Shown here: positions 13,511-26,189 of the stretch, piece after piece
How positions within the stretch are numbered: position 1 is the first letter of the stretch
Layout of the letters: the number at the start of each line of letters is the position of its first letter
Made by a program: the position numbers and the translations under genes
Origin: Mobula hypostoma
Taxonomy: Eukaryota
Direction: 5' to 3'
Assembly (NCBI RefSeq): GCF_963921235.1
Contig: NC_086107.1
Span: 112,594,001-112,658,000, forward strand
DNA: 64,000 nt
Notes under the pieces: generated by a model
Told to the model about the DNA's origin: nothing
Databases searched by the model: none
What the model saw: only the letters and a program-made list of their open reading frames with translations

Positions 13511-16500
13511 GTGGTACTCCACATCCTCTTCCGCCTCCCCTGCAATTATTTTTCACCAGCTGGCATTGACCTGAGATGTTCTTCAACGTTCTCCCTCACC
13601 AAGCACCTCCAGCTGTCCCCTTTAGTAAACAAAGTGAACGTTCCTGCCTCCGCCATCACGGGAACATAGCGACCGGCACAGTGCTATTACAGCTCGAGGT
13701 GTCGGAGCTCAGAGTTCAATTCGGCCGTCATCTGTATGTACGGACTCCTTACAGATTCCGAGCTCCGACGGCCAAAGCTGCCAATGGGCCATGCTCACCT
13801 TGCCGCTACCATCAGTTAGTTCGCGGTACAGCGGGAACGGAGAGTGCCACTGGGAGTAGACAAAGGTCTGGATCCAAGATGGTGTGAGTGACTGCCATTT
13901 TGAAGTCCGGCTGGTTGTCAGCAGTGACCAAGATTTTCAGTAAGAGACAGGACGGGGAGTATTCACTGGGAAAGCACTGGGGCACCAAATTCCCAGGTAT
14001 CTCTTCGAGTTTGCCTCAGGACCATGGGAGATGTCTGTCCTCGGGGCTGTGGTGAAGGAATTCACCAGGTCCCAGGCATTTTTCTTGGCAACCCTGGTTC
14101 AAAGTTCAAAGTAAGTTTATTATCGATAATAATAGGCATCCGTTAGTCCCATGAGACCATGGATTTGCGCCTTGGAAGGTTTCTTATCAAAGCACCCATA
14201 TGTCACCAAGTACAACCCTCAGATTCGTTTTCTTCAGTAGATACAAGAAACACAACAGAATCAATGAAAGACCGCACCCAACAAGATGGACAAACACCAT
14301 GTGCAAAAGACAACAAACTGCGCAAATACAAAAAGAGAAAAAAGAGCAATATAATCAATCAATCAATAAATAAATAAATAAGCAATAAATATCAAGCAAA
14401 TAAAAGTGAAAGTGAATCCATAGGTTGTGGGAACAGATCAGTGATGGGGTGACTGAATTGGAGTTAAGTTAACCCCTCTGATTCAACAGCCTGACGGATG
14501 TAGGGTAATTATTGCAGTGTCAATGTACGAGGGACGATTTTCTGCTAATATCTTCAAGCTCAGTTTGGGCTAAGATTGGCTATGGTTGGGTTAATTTTGG
14601 TGGCGGGGGGGGGTAAGGGAGTTGATTTTGTACCTAAGCAGATTTCTGCTCTGTGAAACCATGGTCCCACATCCACAAACCAGCCTAGCAAATCTTATCT
14701 TCAGCTCCCCTAGGCTTAGAAGTCCTTCTCACATAAAATGCTGGAGAAACTCAGCCAGTCAGGCGGCATCTGTGGAGGGCAATAAAGAGTCAATATTTTG
14801 AACCGAGAGCCCTCATCACCCCACGGTAGCACAGCAGTTAATGGGACGCTATTACAGCTCGGGGAGTTTGGAGTTCAATTCTGGCAACCTCTGCAAGAAA
14901 GTTTGTATGGTCTTCCCGCATGTGCCTGGGTTTCCTCCCACAGTCCAAAGTCGTATCAATTAGTAGGTTAATTGGTCATTTGTAAATTGTCCTATGATTA
15001 GGCCAGTGTTAAATCATTGGGTTGCTAGGCAACAAGTCTTGGTGGGTCAGAAAGGCCTGTTCCGTGCTGTAAGTAATAAATTTTAAAAACATCGACTCTT
15101 TATTCCCCTCCATAGACGCTGCCTGACCAGCTGAGTTCCTCCAGCATTTTCTGCATGTTACTCAAGATTTCCAGCATCTATCAAAGCTCCTGTGTTTATA
15201 AGTCCTTCTCAGAGTATCATTCCCAGGACATAATAAGGACATATCAAGATCTAACATGTAACAATGTGTTATATCATAAAGCACATTAAAAATGTGATTG
15301 GGAAAAAGAAGTAAAACCTTTTACTGGATTTAACTTCGCTTTTAAAACATACAACCCCAATCTTTTTTTGACGAAAACTAACCCAGTAATTATTATTTTT
15401 TATCATTGCAATTAAAATTCCTAAGGCGAGAAGTTACTATATTATCATTAGGTGTCGAAGTTAAATTTGTATTAAGGCATTTTAACCCAAGGTTTTTCCT
15501 TATTTTCACCAACAGATCAGTCTCAGAAAGTGCAAACGCACTCTAACTAATGATGTACACTCAGAGACCACTTTACTAGGTACAGGAGGGACCCAATAAA
15601 GTGGTCACTGGGTCTATAAAGGGCCAGTACAATCTCCTTCACATTTCCTAATTCAAAGCCTCCATTTGTAAAAGCAGGAATCCTGTATAAAGTCCATAAG
15701 GATGTCGAATCGAGAATTCCAGGGTTCACAACAAAATCAGGTTTAATATCACTGATGTATCATGGAATTTCACAACATACATCAGTAATATTCGACCCGA
15801 CTCTCATTGCAATTGTAAACGTTAAGAGAAAGGGTGACAGAAATGCAGAATTGTAGTATAGTGGTTAGCACAATGTTAGCGCGCTAGAGTTCAGAGTTCA
15901 ATTCCGCCGCTCTGTAAGGAGTTTCTGTACCTCCTCCCCATGGAATACAAGGCTTTTCCCCAACTGCTCCACTTTCCTCCCACAGTCCAAAGACATACCG
16001 GGTAGGTTAAATGGTCATTGTAAATTGTCCCGTGATTAGGTTAGGGTTAAGTCAGGGTTGGCAGGGGCTGCTTGGGTGGCGCGGAAATGAAGGGCCGGAA
16101 GATTCCTACTCCGCGTTGTATCGCTAAGTGCAAATAAAATTAAAGCATTTGTATTTTGAGGGCAGACCGAGGATCCTAGGGTTCGGAAACAGAATCAGGT
16201 TTAATATCATGATATATGGCAGCGATATATATTCCCATTGCAATGGTAAAAGTTAAAAGAAAGGGTGATGGAAATGCAAAAAGCAATCATGGTAGGTTTG
16301 GGTGGAATAAATAGGGAAGGACTGCTCCCATTAGCAGGGAGATCAAGGACTGGAGGCCACAGTAGTGCAGGGGCAAGAAACCCATATTTACCCAGCCAGT
16401 GGCAATGATCTAAAATACACTGTCTGAAAGGGTGGTGGATGGGTAGCTTTTGAAAGGGAAAACAATGGTATTTGAAGGTTAAAATCCAAATAAAGGGTTA

Positions 16501-16619
16501 CGGGAAAAGAACAGAGAGGCAATGTTCACTGGATTGCTCCAGTAGTCCCTCAATGGGATAAATGGCCTCGATCAGTGTGATAATAATTCAGAGATTCATA
16601 CACAAGTGGTGATTTTCCA

Positions 16620-16940
16620 TAAACACACGAGATTCTGCAGATGCTGGAAATCCAGAGCAACGCACACAAAATGCTGGAGAAGCTCGGCAGGTCAGGCAGT
16701 ATCTGCAGAGAGGAATAAGCCGTTGATGTTTCGGGCCGAGACCCTTCATCGGGACTGGAAAGGAAGGGGGAAGAAGCCAGAATAAGAAGGTGGGGGGAGG
16801 GGAAGGAGTACAAGCTGGCAGGTGATAGGTGAAGCCAGGTGAGGGGGAAGGTGGGATGAAGTAAGAAGCTGGGAGGTGATTGGTGGAAGGGGTAAAAGGG
16901 CTGAAGAAGAATGAATCTGATTGGAGTGGGCAGTGGACCA
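16620..16940 (-). mobile_element. Penelope-like element terminal region with degenerate hammerhead core
   Basis: Minus strand CCGATGAAGGGTCTCGGCCCGAAAC plus the recurrent AGATTCTGCAGATGCTGGAAATCCAGAG motif. Confidence 0.65.
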
Positions 16941-17830
16941 AAGTTTTCCAAGGTGATACAGATTGAGCAGCAATTATTTCGAGTATGCTCATTAATTGTT
17001 TTCTAAAATATAGGTTGAGTTTTCGTATCTTGTGGAATACTTAAGTTAGTTATTACTTACAAAAAACAGGAGCACCATCATTTCCTACAAAATACACAGA
17101 AATCTGTTCTTTCTTTCTAGCATGAGTTGGTGATAATGAAGTTCATGAGAGACCCAAAAACCATAATAAATGCAGAGGCAGAGACCTCCCGTTACACACG
17201 TAGGAGCTGCTATTCGCTATCATGTACACGCACATTGTCTTTCTCCAGAATACGTACAAGCACTCCAAACCAGTTTCAGTTTAGTGATCTTGCTTTCTAA
17301 TAACCCATAAATGACAGCACATGGTTGCAGGAGGATCATGGTTAAATCACTGAATGAGCAACCAGCAGTCTGGGCCATCGATCGAAAACTGTGAGATCAG
17401 AACCCACCGCAGCATCTGGGGAATTTAAATTCCAGTAATGAAATAAATCTTGGAATTTATAGAAAAGAGTTGCAGCTACCCTGGAATGACCAGATTGTCG
17501 TAGAAACCAATATCGAGAAGAAATCTAAGATCCTATGAACATGGAGGCCAGGCCAACTAAGACAGGTCAGATTTCTATCCCTACGTGAGCTTTTTATGAC
17601 AATCTTGTCGTTCCAGAGTAACTGTAAGTCTTTTCTATAAATTCCAGCAGAGGTGCAACACAGAAACAGGCCCTTCAGCCCATTTGGTCTCTGCTAACCA
17701 TCAACCAACTGTTCACACCAATCATCTTTTACTCCCAGATTCTAACCCTCACCACACACTAGTGGCCATCTACATTGGCCAATTAACCAGGTCGGAAGAA
17801 ACCAGAGGAAGTGCAGGGGAAACCCACACT

Positions 17831-17857
<27 letters not shown>

Positions 17858-17862
<5 letters not shown>

Positions 17863-18307
17863 CAAGAGAGAATCTGTAGGCGCTGGAAATCCGAGCAACT
17901 CACACAAAATGCTGGAGGAACTCAGCAGGCCAGGCAGCATCAATGGAAAAAAATACAGTCGACATTTTGGACTGAGATCCTTCAGCAGGACTGGAGAAAA
18001 AAAAACTGAGGAGAAGATTTGAACGGTGGGGAGAGGGGAGAGGGAGACACACCAGGCGATAGGTGAAACTTGGAGGGGGAGGGATGAATCAAAGAGCTGG
18101 GAAGTTAATTGGTGAAAGAGACAGAAGGCCATGGAAGAAAGAAGAAAAGGGGTGGGGGAGAGCACCAGATGGAGGCGATGGGCGGGCAAGGAGATAACAT
18201 GAGAGAGGGACAAGGGGATGGGAATGGTGAAGGTGGGGTGGAGGCATTCTTGTAAGTTTGAGAAATCGATGTTCATGCCATCAGGTTGGAAGCTACCCAA
18301 ATGGAGT
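17858..18307 (-). mobile_element. Penelope-like element fragment
   Basis: HLGSFQPDGMNIDFSN followed by the same terminal motif; (AAT)n at 17831-17858. Confidence 0.65.
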
Positions 18308-18849
18308 ATAGTCATAGTCGTACTTTATTGATCCCGGGGAAAATGGTTTTCATTACAGTTGCACCATAAATAATAAATAGTAATAAAACCATAAATAGTT
18401 AAATAGTAAAATGTAAATTATGCCAGATGGAAATAAGTCCAGGACCAGCCTATTGGCTCAGGGTGTCTGACCCTCCAAGGGAGGAGTTGTATGTAAAGTT
18501 TGATGGCCACAGGCAGGAATGACTTCCTATGACGCTCTGTGCTGCATCTCGGTGGAATGAGTCTCTGGCTGAATGTACTCCTGTGCCCACCCAGTACATT
18601 ATGTAGTGGATGGGAGACATTGTCCAAGATGGCATGCAACTTGGACAACATCCTCTTTTCAGACACCACCGTCAGGGAGTCCAGTTCCATCCCCACAACA
18701 TCACTGGTCTTACGAATGAGTTTGTTGATTCTGTTGGTGTCTGCTACCCTCAGCCTGCTGTCCCAGCACACAACAGCAAACATGATCACACTGGCCACCA
18801 CAGACTCGTAGAACATCCTCAGCATCGTCCGGCAGATGTTAAAGGACCC
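18308..18849 (-). mobile_element. Rex1/Babar-like LINE 3' end
   Basis: MFYESVVASVIMFAVVCW...RINKLIRK...SHPLH...RKSFLP; (GACTAT)n tail; near-identical copies at 43379, 61700 and 62690. Confidence 0.8.
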
Positions 18850-20830
18850 AAAATAATAATAATAGCTTAATTTATTGAACACTTTTCATACAGACAATGT
18901 AGTTCAGAGTGCTTTGCAATGAGGTAAAAGTACAAAATACGGAAAAAAACATGGAAATAAAAGATAAGAATATGTTGGTTAAAAACAAGATTAAATAAAT
19001 AGGTTTACAGCTGGTGTTTATCACAAGGAAAACAGACGGCAACAGAGATCGGGACTGAACCTGTGACTCCAGCAATCAGAGGCTGCGGCTCTCCCAGCTG
19101 CCCCCAACTCCTACCGATACGTTTAATTGTCTCCTCCATTCAGAGCCAAATACTCACAACACAGAACCATACAAATAAAACTACCCAATTTTGCCGAAAG
19201 CTAATTAAATTCAGAACGCCACCTGCAAACAAAATAAATGTTGTCATATCCTGAATACAGGGCTCTATAAATATACACGAACATCTATTTACAAATACAG
19301 GCAACCCCCTGCCGCAATTCACTTTACAGAAATCTGTCCTTACACAAATCACCACCAAAATATATGCGGCATAGAATAAAACGCTGCTTTCATCAATAAA
19401 TAATACACATATGTTTTTTTCTTTATACCTGTGCGGATGATGTGGCTTCATGTTATGGAAAATCAGGGTTTTCTATGAACATAACTCCCTCATAATGGAA
19501 TATACAGAAAACCGTGACATTTAAATACTCAGATCAGCCCTGTCATATTGCGATAGAACGCAATGAAGATTATGAGAGACTCGACAACAAGCAGCCTCTT
19601 GGAAAGACTCAGTGAGCCAAGCAGCATCTGTGGGAGAAAAGGAATTGTTGACGTACGGGGTTATGACCTGGAGCGTCCCCAATTCCTTCCCCCTGCAAAT
19701 GGAATTCGACCCATTGAGTTCCTCCAGCAGATTGTTTGTTGCTCCAGGTTCGTGCATCTGCAGTGTCCTGTGCCCTGGTTGGGTTGAATAGGAAGCAGCT
19801 TCATTAGCAGAGAGTTCAATAATGACAGGGTAACCTAAGGTAATTGCTTTATGTTTAGGGCAATAGAGGGATAAGAGATTCTCCTGTGGACGGTAAGGGC
19901 TGAAACACACAGTCTGAAGAGGTGATGGAGACGGAGTCCCTCAGCACCTTTAATGACTGGGAGAGATATAACTTACAAACCTGAGCACTATCTCATTTAT
20001 TTCTGTTTTTGCCACGATTTATTTATTTTATCATTTTGAGAAATTATTTTGCCTTTGCACTGTACTGCAGCTGCAAAAACAACAAATTTCATGTCACTTA
20101 AGTCGGTAATAATAAACCTGATTCTGATTCTAAGAACTGGGTTCAGTCGGAATGCAGTAAGTTTTTGATTTATGAAGATTTGGTTTAGATATTATTGCGA
20201 TGATTCACCATTGGCTCTTTAAGGCACTTGTCTTTGAGTTAGGAAGCTGACTCCTGCCATAACACACAGCAAGCCACTCTCCTTCTGTGGGAATACACCG
20301 TATCTAACACTCACACTCACAGTCGATTTTGTCAGCCATTTTTAATTCACAAGACTCCACTGACTGAGATATTTTTGAAGAACGTGTCGCTCGTAAATCG
20401 GGGAACGGTTCTTCCCCTTTTGCAAGGACAGCTTCAGCTGCATGTCCTCTATCAGACCCTTAAATTTGTAAAATCATGTACCCCTTCATCAGGGACCCCC
20501 ACCACCCAGGCCATGCCCTCTTCTCACTGCTGCCGTCAGGAGGGAGGTTCAGGAGCCTCAGGCCCCACACCACCAGGTTCAGGACCAGTTATTACCCCTC
20601 ATCCATCAGGCTCTTGAAGCAGAGGGGATAACTTCAGTCAACTTCACTCACCCCATCACTGAACTGTTCCCACAACCAACAGGCTCACCCGCAAGGACTC
20701 TCCATCTCATGTTCTCGATATTTATTGCTTATTATTTATTATTATCATTTTATTTGCCTGTTGCTTTGCATTTACTGTGAATGCCTGCAAGAAAATGAAT
20801 CTCAGGGTTGTATATGGTGACAATAATGTA

Positions 20831-21060
20831 AGAGGCGAAGAGAAGCTGAGGCTTGCTGCTGAAGAAAAGCTCACTCGTTGGAAAAACAGCACCAGGACAA
20901 CACTGGAGGACAGCGCCTTCAAGTGCAGTCGCTGCAGCCGAGACTGTCACTCCCGTGTGGACCTCTACAGCCACAACAGACGCTGCTCTAACACAGACTG
21001 AAGCAAGACTTTCCAGGCGCAGATCCATGGTCTCACGAGACTAATGGATGGCACCACCAC
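20831..21060 (+). mobile_element. RTE-clade LINE 3' end
   Basis: FKCSRCSRDCHSRVDLYSHNRRC zinc-finger tail; (CAC)n end; AATGTA duplicated at 20825-20830 and 21061-21066. Confidence 0.75.
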
Positions 21061-23304
21061 AATGTACCTTGATAATAAATTTACCTTGAACTTTGGACGG
21101 TAGGTGTCAGAGGCTGGCATGCACTTACTTCCCATCTCTAGGGCTGAGCGGCCAATGAGTAGGGCTGTTATGAGTGTGGAGTCACCTAGTCATAGAGCAC
21201 TACAGCACAGAAACAGGCCCTTCAGCCCATTTACTCCATGCTGAGCTATTAATCCGCCTTGTCCTATTGACCTGCACCTGGACCACAGCCCTCCATCCAT
21301 GTACCAATCCAAGTTTCTCTTAGATGTTGCATCAAACCCGCACCCATCACTTCCTCGTCCCAAACTCACAGCACCCGCTGCGAGAGGAGCAGATAGAGCA
21401 GAGGGGCTAAGGACCCTCTGGCCCCTCCAGTCTGCTCAGTCACTCAGCTCTTTAGCCACAGACGCTGCTTGAGTCGCTGAGCTCCTTCAGCCGATTGCTT
21501 CGTGTTCAGGAGTGGGAACTGGCTAAAGGAACTTTGACTGTACCCATAAGTGCTCCCGTCCCACCGATGCCCCAGACTCTCAGCCAGCTATTTAGTTCCA
21601 GGCCATGAGGAGTAGGCAGTCCTACAGGTAAAGTCATAGCTCGGCTTTATTTGAGTAGGTAAATTTAAAAAAAATTGAACTCACCCATTGTTAGTTCCAT
21701 GGGTGCACCTAGGAAGGTATATCAATCCCCAAAACTGGCCTGTACTGTGTAGTGGGATAAAGATTTTTTAAATGGAGATGGTAGAGAAACAACAGAAAGC
21801 GCTAAAAATAAAAGCACTCAGCAGGTCAGGCAGCGGAGAATGATGCCATGAGACCTGAAACGTTGACTCAGTTACTCTTACTACAGATGCTGCCTGTTCC
21901 TTTGGTGTTCCTCAAACACAGGAGATTCAGCAGATGCTGAAAACTCAGAGCATCGCGCAGGCAAGATGCTGGAGGAAGTCAGCAGGTCAGGCAGCATCTG
22001 TGGGGAGGAATAAAGAGTCGACGTTTCGGGCCGCGACATCGGGGCTCATGTAGAGCCTGCCTCCGTGTTGTACATGAATTGAACTCTTTGTAGTATCATC
22101 ACGCCGAAGATACAACAGCCTGACAGCGCGTACCCGCCAGGCTTAAGTACAGCTTCGACCTCACTGGCTTTACTTTGTACTCCGATCCCACTCCCTTACA
22201 CTCTTACGTGCAGGAACGTTGATATAGTGGGTTCAGGGGGGTTATAATGGAGTGCCACAGTAGCACAGGGGCAGCTCATGGCATCAGAGTTCAGAGTTGG
22301 TAAAGAGGGTTTGTATGTCCTCCCCTTGAACGTGTGGGTTTCCTCCGGGTGCTCCGGTTTCCTCCCACATTCCAAAGACGTCCCAGTTGGTAGACTAATC
22401 AATCATTGTAAATTGTCCCCGTGATTGGGCTAGGGTTAAGTGGGTGCGGCCTGTTTGGCCGAAAGGACCTGCTCCGTGCTGTATCTCGAAATAAGTTATT
22501 CTACTTTAATGCCCGTAACCATCTGTCACCCAGCTCGCGCGGCTGTTTGCCTTGGAGTGTAGGAGACAGCAAGGTGGCTTAGAAAGTCAGGGAGGACGTA
22601 GACAGGGGAGATGGTCACCGGGTGGGCAAGCCTGAACCTAAAAGGCACAGGTTTAAGACGGGAGGAAGGTATAAAAGGGAACTGAGAGGCAACTTTAAAC
22701 ACACACACAGAGGTTGGTGGGTCTATGGAACGAGCTGCCAGAGGAAGTGGTGGTGGCCGGTGTCATTCCAACATTTAACAGGGATTTTGCAGCTACAGGG
22801 ATAGGAAAGGTTCAGAGGGATGCAAACAGGACTGGTTTAGATAGACACTTTGGTCAGCATGGACAAGTTGAACTGAATGGCCAGTCTCCGCGTTGTACAT
22901 GAATTGCACTCTTCGTGATATCATCGGGCCGAAGATACAAACACCTGAAACCACGTACCACCGGGCTCAAGGACAGTTCGTATCTAGCTGGCTATCGGTC
23001 TCTTGGACACTTGCCTCACAATCTACCTTGGATTTTATCGTTTACCTGCACTGCCCTTTATCAGAAGCTTTTGCACCTTATTCTGCACATTGCTGCAACG
23101 CAATGCAACACAGAGATTCTGCAGATGCTGGAAATCCAAAGGACCACACACAAAATGCTGGAGGAACCCAGCAGGTCCGGCAGCATTTATGGAAATGAAT
23201 AAACAGTCGCCTTTTTGGGGTGAGTCAATTCATCAGGACTCTCCTGATGATGGGTCTGAGCCTGAAACATTCAACGTTCAAAGTATTTTTTAAAATCCAA
23301 ATAC

Positions 23305-23890
23305 ATAGAACCATAGAACCATAGAAACTACAGCACAGAAACAGGCCCTTTGGCCCTTCTTGGCTGTGTCGAACCATTTTCTGCCTAGTCCCACTGACCT
23401 GCACACGGACCATATCCCTCCATACACCTCCCATCCATGTATCTGTCCAATTTATTCTTAAATGTTAAAAAAGAACCCGCATTTACCACCTCGTCTGGCA
23501 GCTCATTCCACACTCCCACCACTCTCTGTGTGAAGAAGCCCCCACTATTGTTCCCTTTAAACTTTTCCCCCCTCACCCTTAACCCATGTCCTCTGGTTTT
23601 TTTCTCCCCTTGCCTCAGTGGAAAAAGCCTGCTTGCATTCACTCTATCTATACCCATCATAATTTTATATACCTCTATCAAATCTCCCCTCATTCTTCTA
23701 CGCTCCAGGGAATAAAGTCCTAACTTATTCAACCTTTCTCTGTAACTGAGTTTCTCAAGTCCTGGCAACATCCTTGTAAACCTTCTCTGCACTCTTTCAA
23801 CCTTATTTATATCCTTCCTGTAATTTGGTGACCAAAACTGAACACAATACTCCAGATTCGGCCTCACCAATGCCTTATACAACCTCATAC
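23305..23890 (-). mobile_element. CR1 LINE 3' fragment
   Basis: RLYKALVRPNLEYCVQFWSP...FFTQRVVGVWNELP; (ATGGTTCT)n tail. Confidence 0.92.
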
Positions 23891-24091
23891 AGTGTATGTC
23901 ATCATATACTGCCCTGGGATTCGTTTTCTTGCGGGCATTCACAGTAGAACAAAGAAATACAATAGAATCAATGGAAAACTTCACCCGATCAAAGACTGAC
24001 AAGAAACCAATGTGCTAAAGAAGACGAAATGTGCAAATACAAAAAATAAACAAATAAATTTTATTTTTCTGTGTGTGTGTATATATTATAT

Positions 24092-24138
<47 letters not shown>

Positions 24139-24709
24139 GCCAAATTAAATAGTTAAATAGGTAGATAAATTTGTAAATAATACTGAAAACATGGGAATAC
24201 TGGGAGCTGCCAGCACAAGTGGTGCATGTGAGTTCGATTTCATTATTTAATAAAAGTTTGGATAGGTACAGGGATGGCAGGGGTACGGAGGGTTCTGGTC
24301 ACGGCGCAGGCTGATGGGAGATAAGCAGTTTAAATGGTTCAGCATGGACTAGATGGGCTGAAGGGCCTGTTTCTGTGCTATACTTCCCTATGACTCTTTG
24401 AGTTCCAGAGTCTTTGAAAGCGAGTCCATAGGTTGTGTTCAGTATTTGTTCTCCATAGCTGCTGAGTTCTTCTAGCATTTTGAGTGCAATGGTCTGATCT
24501 CTATGAACAGTATGCAAGGCAAGCCTTTCACTGTATCTAGGTCCATGTGACAATAACAAACCAATAATATTCACAGAGTCTACTACCCAGAATACGTGGA
24601 GGGGCACAGAGAGCGAGCCGGGGCGCTCCCACTGGTGTGAGGGTAAAACACAGGCAGCGATGAAACAGAGGGGGTATTAGAAAAACCGGAGGATGCAGAT
24701 TGAACTCAC

Positions 24710-24844
24710 GGCTATGACGATGGCAATTCTGTCACATAGTTCGCCAACCCAAATAGCGTTTAGTTCCTTGAATAACTTCCACCCACACATTGTCAGCCTG
24801 AATAATATATTTCTTGATAAAGCTTGCAAGGCTAAGCTAGGAGG
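24710..24844 (-). other. Candidate unannotated KCNC3 exon (135-nt in-frame cassette, or alternative first exon from ATG 24790)
   Basis: TTATTTTCTGCTCCCAG acceptor, 45 stop-free codons, GCC|GTGAGT donor in phase 0, in unique sequence. Confidence 0.4.
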
Positions 24845-25102
24845 CTGGGAGCAGAAAATAATTTGGATTCACGTGTTCGGTAGTATTACAAGTTGTCAAA
24901 TTGGCAGGAGAAGGAGAGAGAGACAGGGAGAGAAAGGGAGGAAAGCAGAGAGAGGAGCGAGAGAGGGAGAAGGAGACGGAGGAAAGGGAGATTGGGGAGA
25001 GAGAGAGGGGGGTGGAGAAGGAAAACAGGAGAGAGGTGAGGGAAGAGGAAGAGAGAAGGTGAGAGGAGGGGAGAGAAGAGAGGTAGAGAGAGGAAAGAGG
25101 GG

Positions 25103-25134
<32 letters not shown>

Positions 25135-25369
25135 TATATCTGCATTGAATTGATGGCGGTCGAAGTTGAAGCTCTCTGCATCGCCTAGGACTGCTCCTCC
25201 AAGCAAGTAGTGTTAATGGGTGAGACAGACGCAGTGTGTTAATGTGAATCATAGACCTATATCTCTCTGCAAAATTGCGCAGGCTACAACAAGGAGGAGT
25301 TCAGTGGTGGAAGGAGTAGAGGAGACTGAGTAAAATCTTTCACTCAATGAGTTGTCCAGAACTCCATAC

Positions 25370-25851
25370 CTGGAAAAACTCATCACTTTCCCCTAGGTAG
25401 ACACTGGAAAAGTTCACTTTCCCCTGGGTAGGCACTGGAAAAACTCATCACTTTCCCCTAGGTAGACACTGGAAAAACTCATTTTCCCCTAGGTAGACAC
25501 TGGAAAAGTTCACTTTCCCCTGGGTAGGCACTGGAAAAACTCATCACTTTCCCCTAGGTAGACACTGGAAAAACTCATTTTCCCCTGGGTAGACACTGGA
25601 AAAGTTCACTTTCCCCTGGGTAGGCACTGGAAAAGTTCACTTTCCCCTGGGTAGACACTGGAAAAGTTCACTTTCCCCTGGGTAGGCACTGGAAAAGTTC
25701 ACTTTCCCCTGGGTAGGCACTGGAAAAACTCATTTTCCCCTAGGTAGACACTGGAAAAGTTCACTTTCCCCTGGGTAGACACTGGAAAAACTCACTTTCC
25801 CCTAGGTAGACACTGGAAAAGTTCACTTTCCCCTGGGTAGGCACTGGAAAA
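25370..25851. repeat. Minisatellite, 31-34 bp unit, about 15 copies
   Basis: Unit CACTGGAAAAGTTCACTTTCCCCTGGGTAG(G/A) with variants; 16 CTGGAAAA occurrences counted. Confidence 0.97.
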
Positions 25852-26189
25852 GCTGGAACCTGCCAAGTGGCAGACTGCCAGCTGGAAAAGAGATTAATCT
25901 AAAGTAATTTTGTTGGCCAGTATAGGAAGATGGACCGAATTGCCCTGTACCTTTCAGAATTCTCACACTGTGACTGGTTAGCTCACCCAATGATGAAACG
26001 TAGGAAAGGATGGTTGTTAAGTACATACATTGAACCTCCCATTCTTCACAAGATTAAACCCTTAAACAAGACCAATTAACCCATTTCAGTTTACTGTGTC
26101 TCATCTTAAGCACCCATAATGACTTTGTAAGACCTCATGTTTCTACTTGCCTCCCCTGTTTTGTGGGTCCATTACCATCACCTCGAACA

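Noticed and set aside
20885..20917. REST/RE1-like site (also a half site at 30016-30024)
   Set aside because: Wrong half-site spacing or only one half; the first lies in RTE coding sequence.
25370..25851. CRISPR-like array
   Set aside because: Units are contiguous with no unique spacers, there are no cas genes, and the context is eukaryotic.
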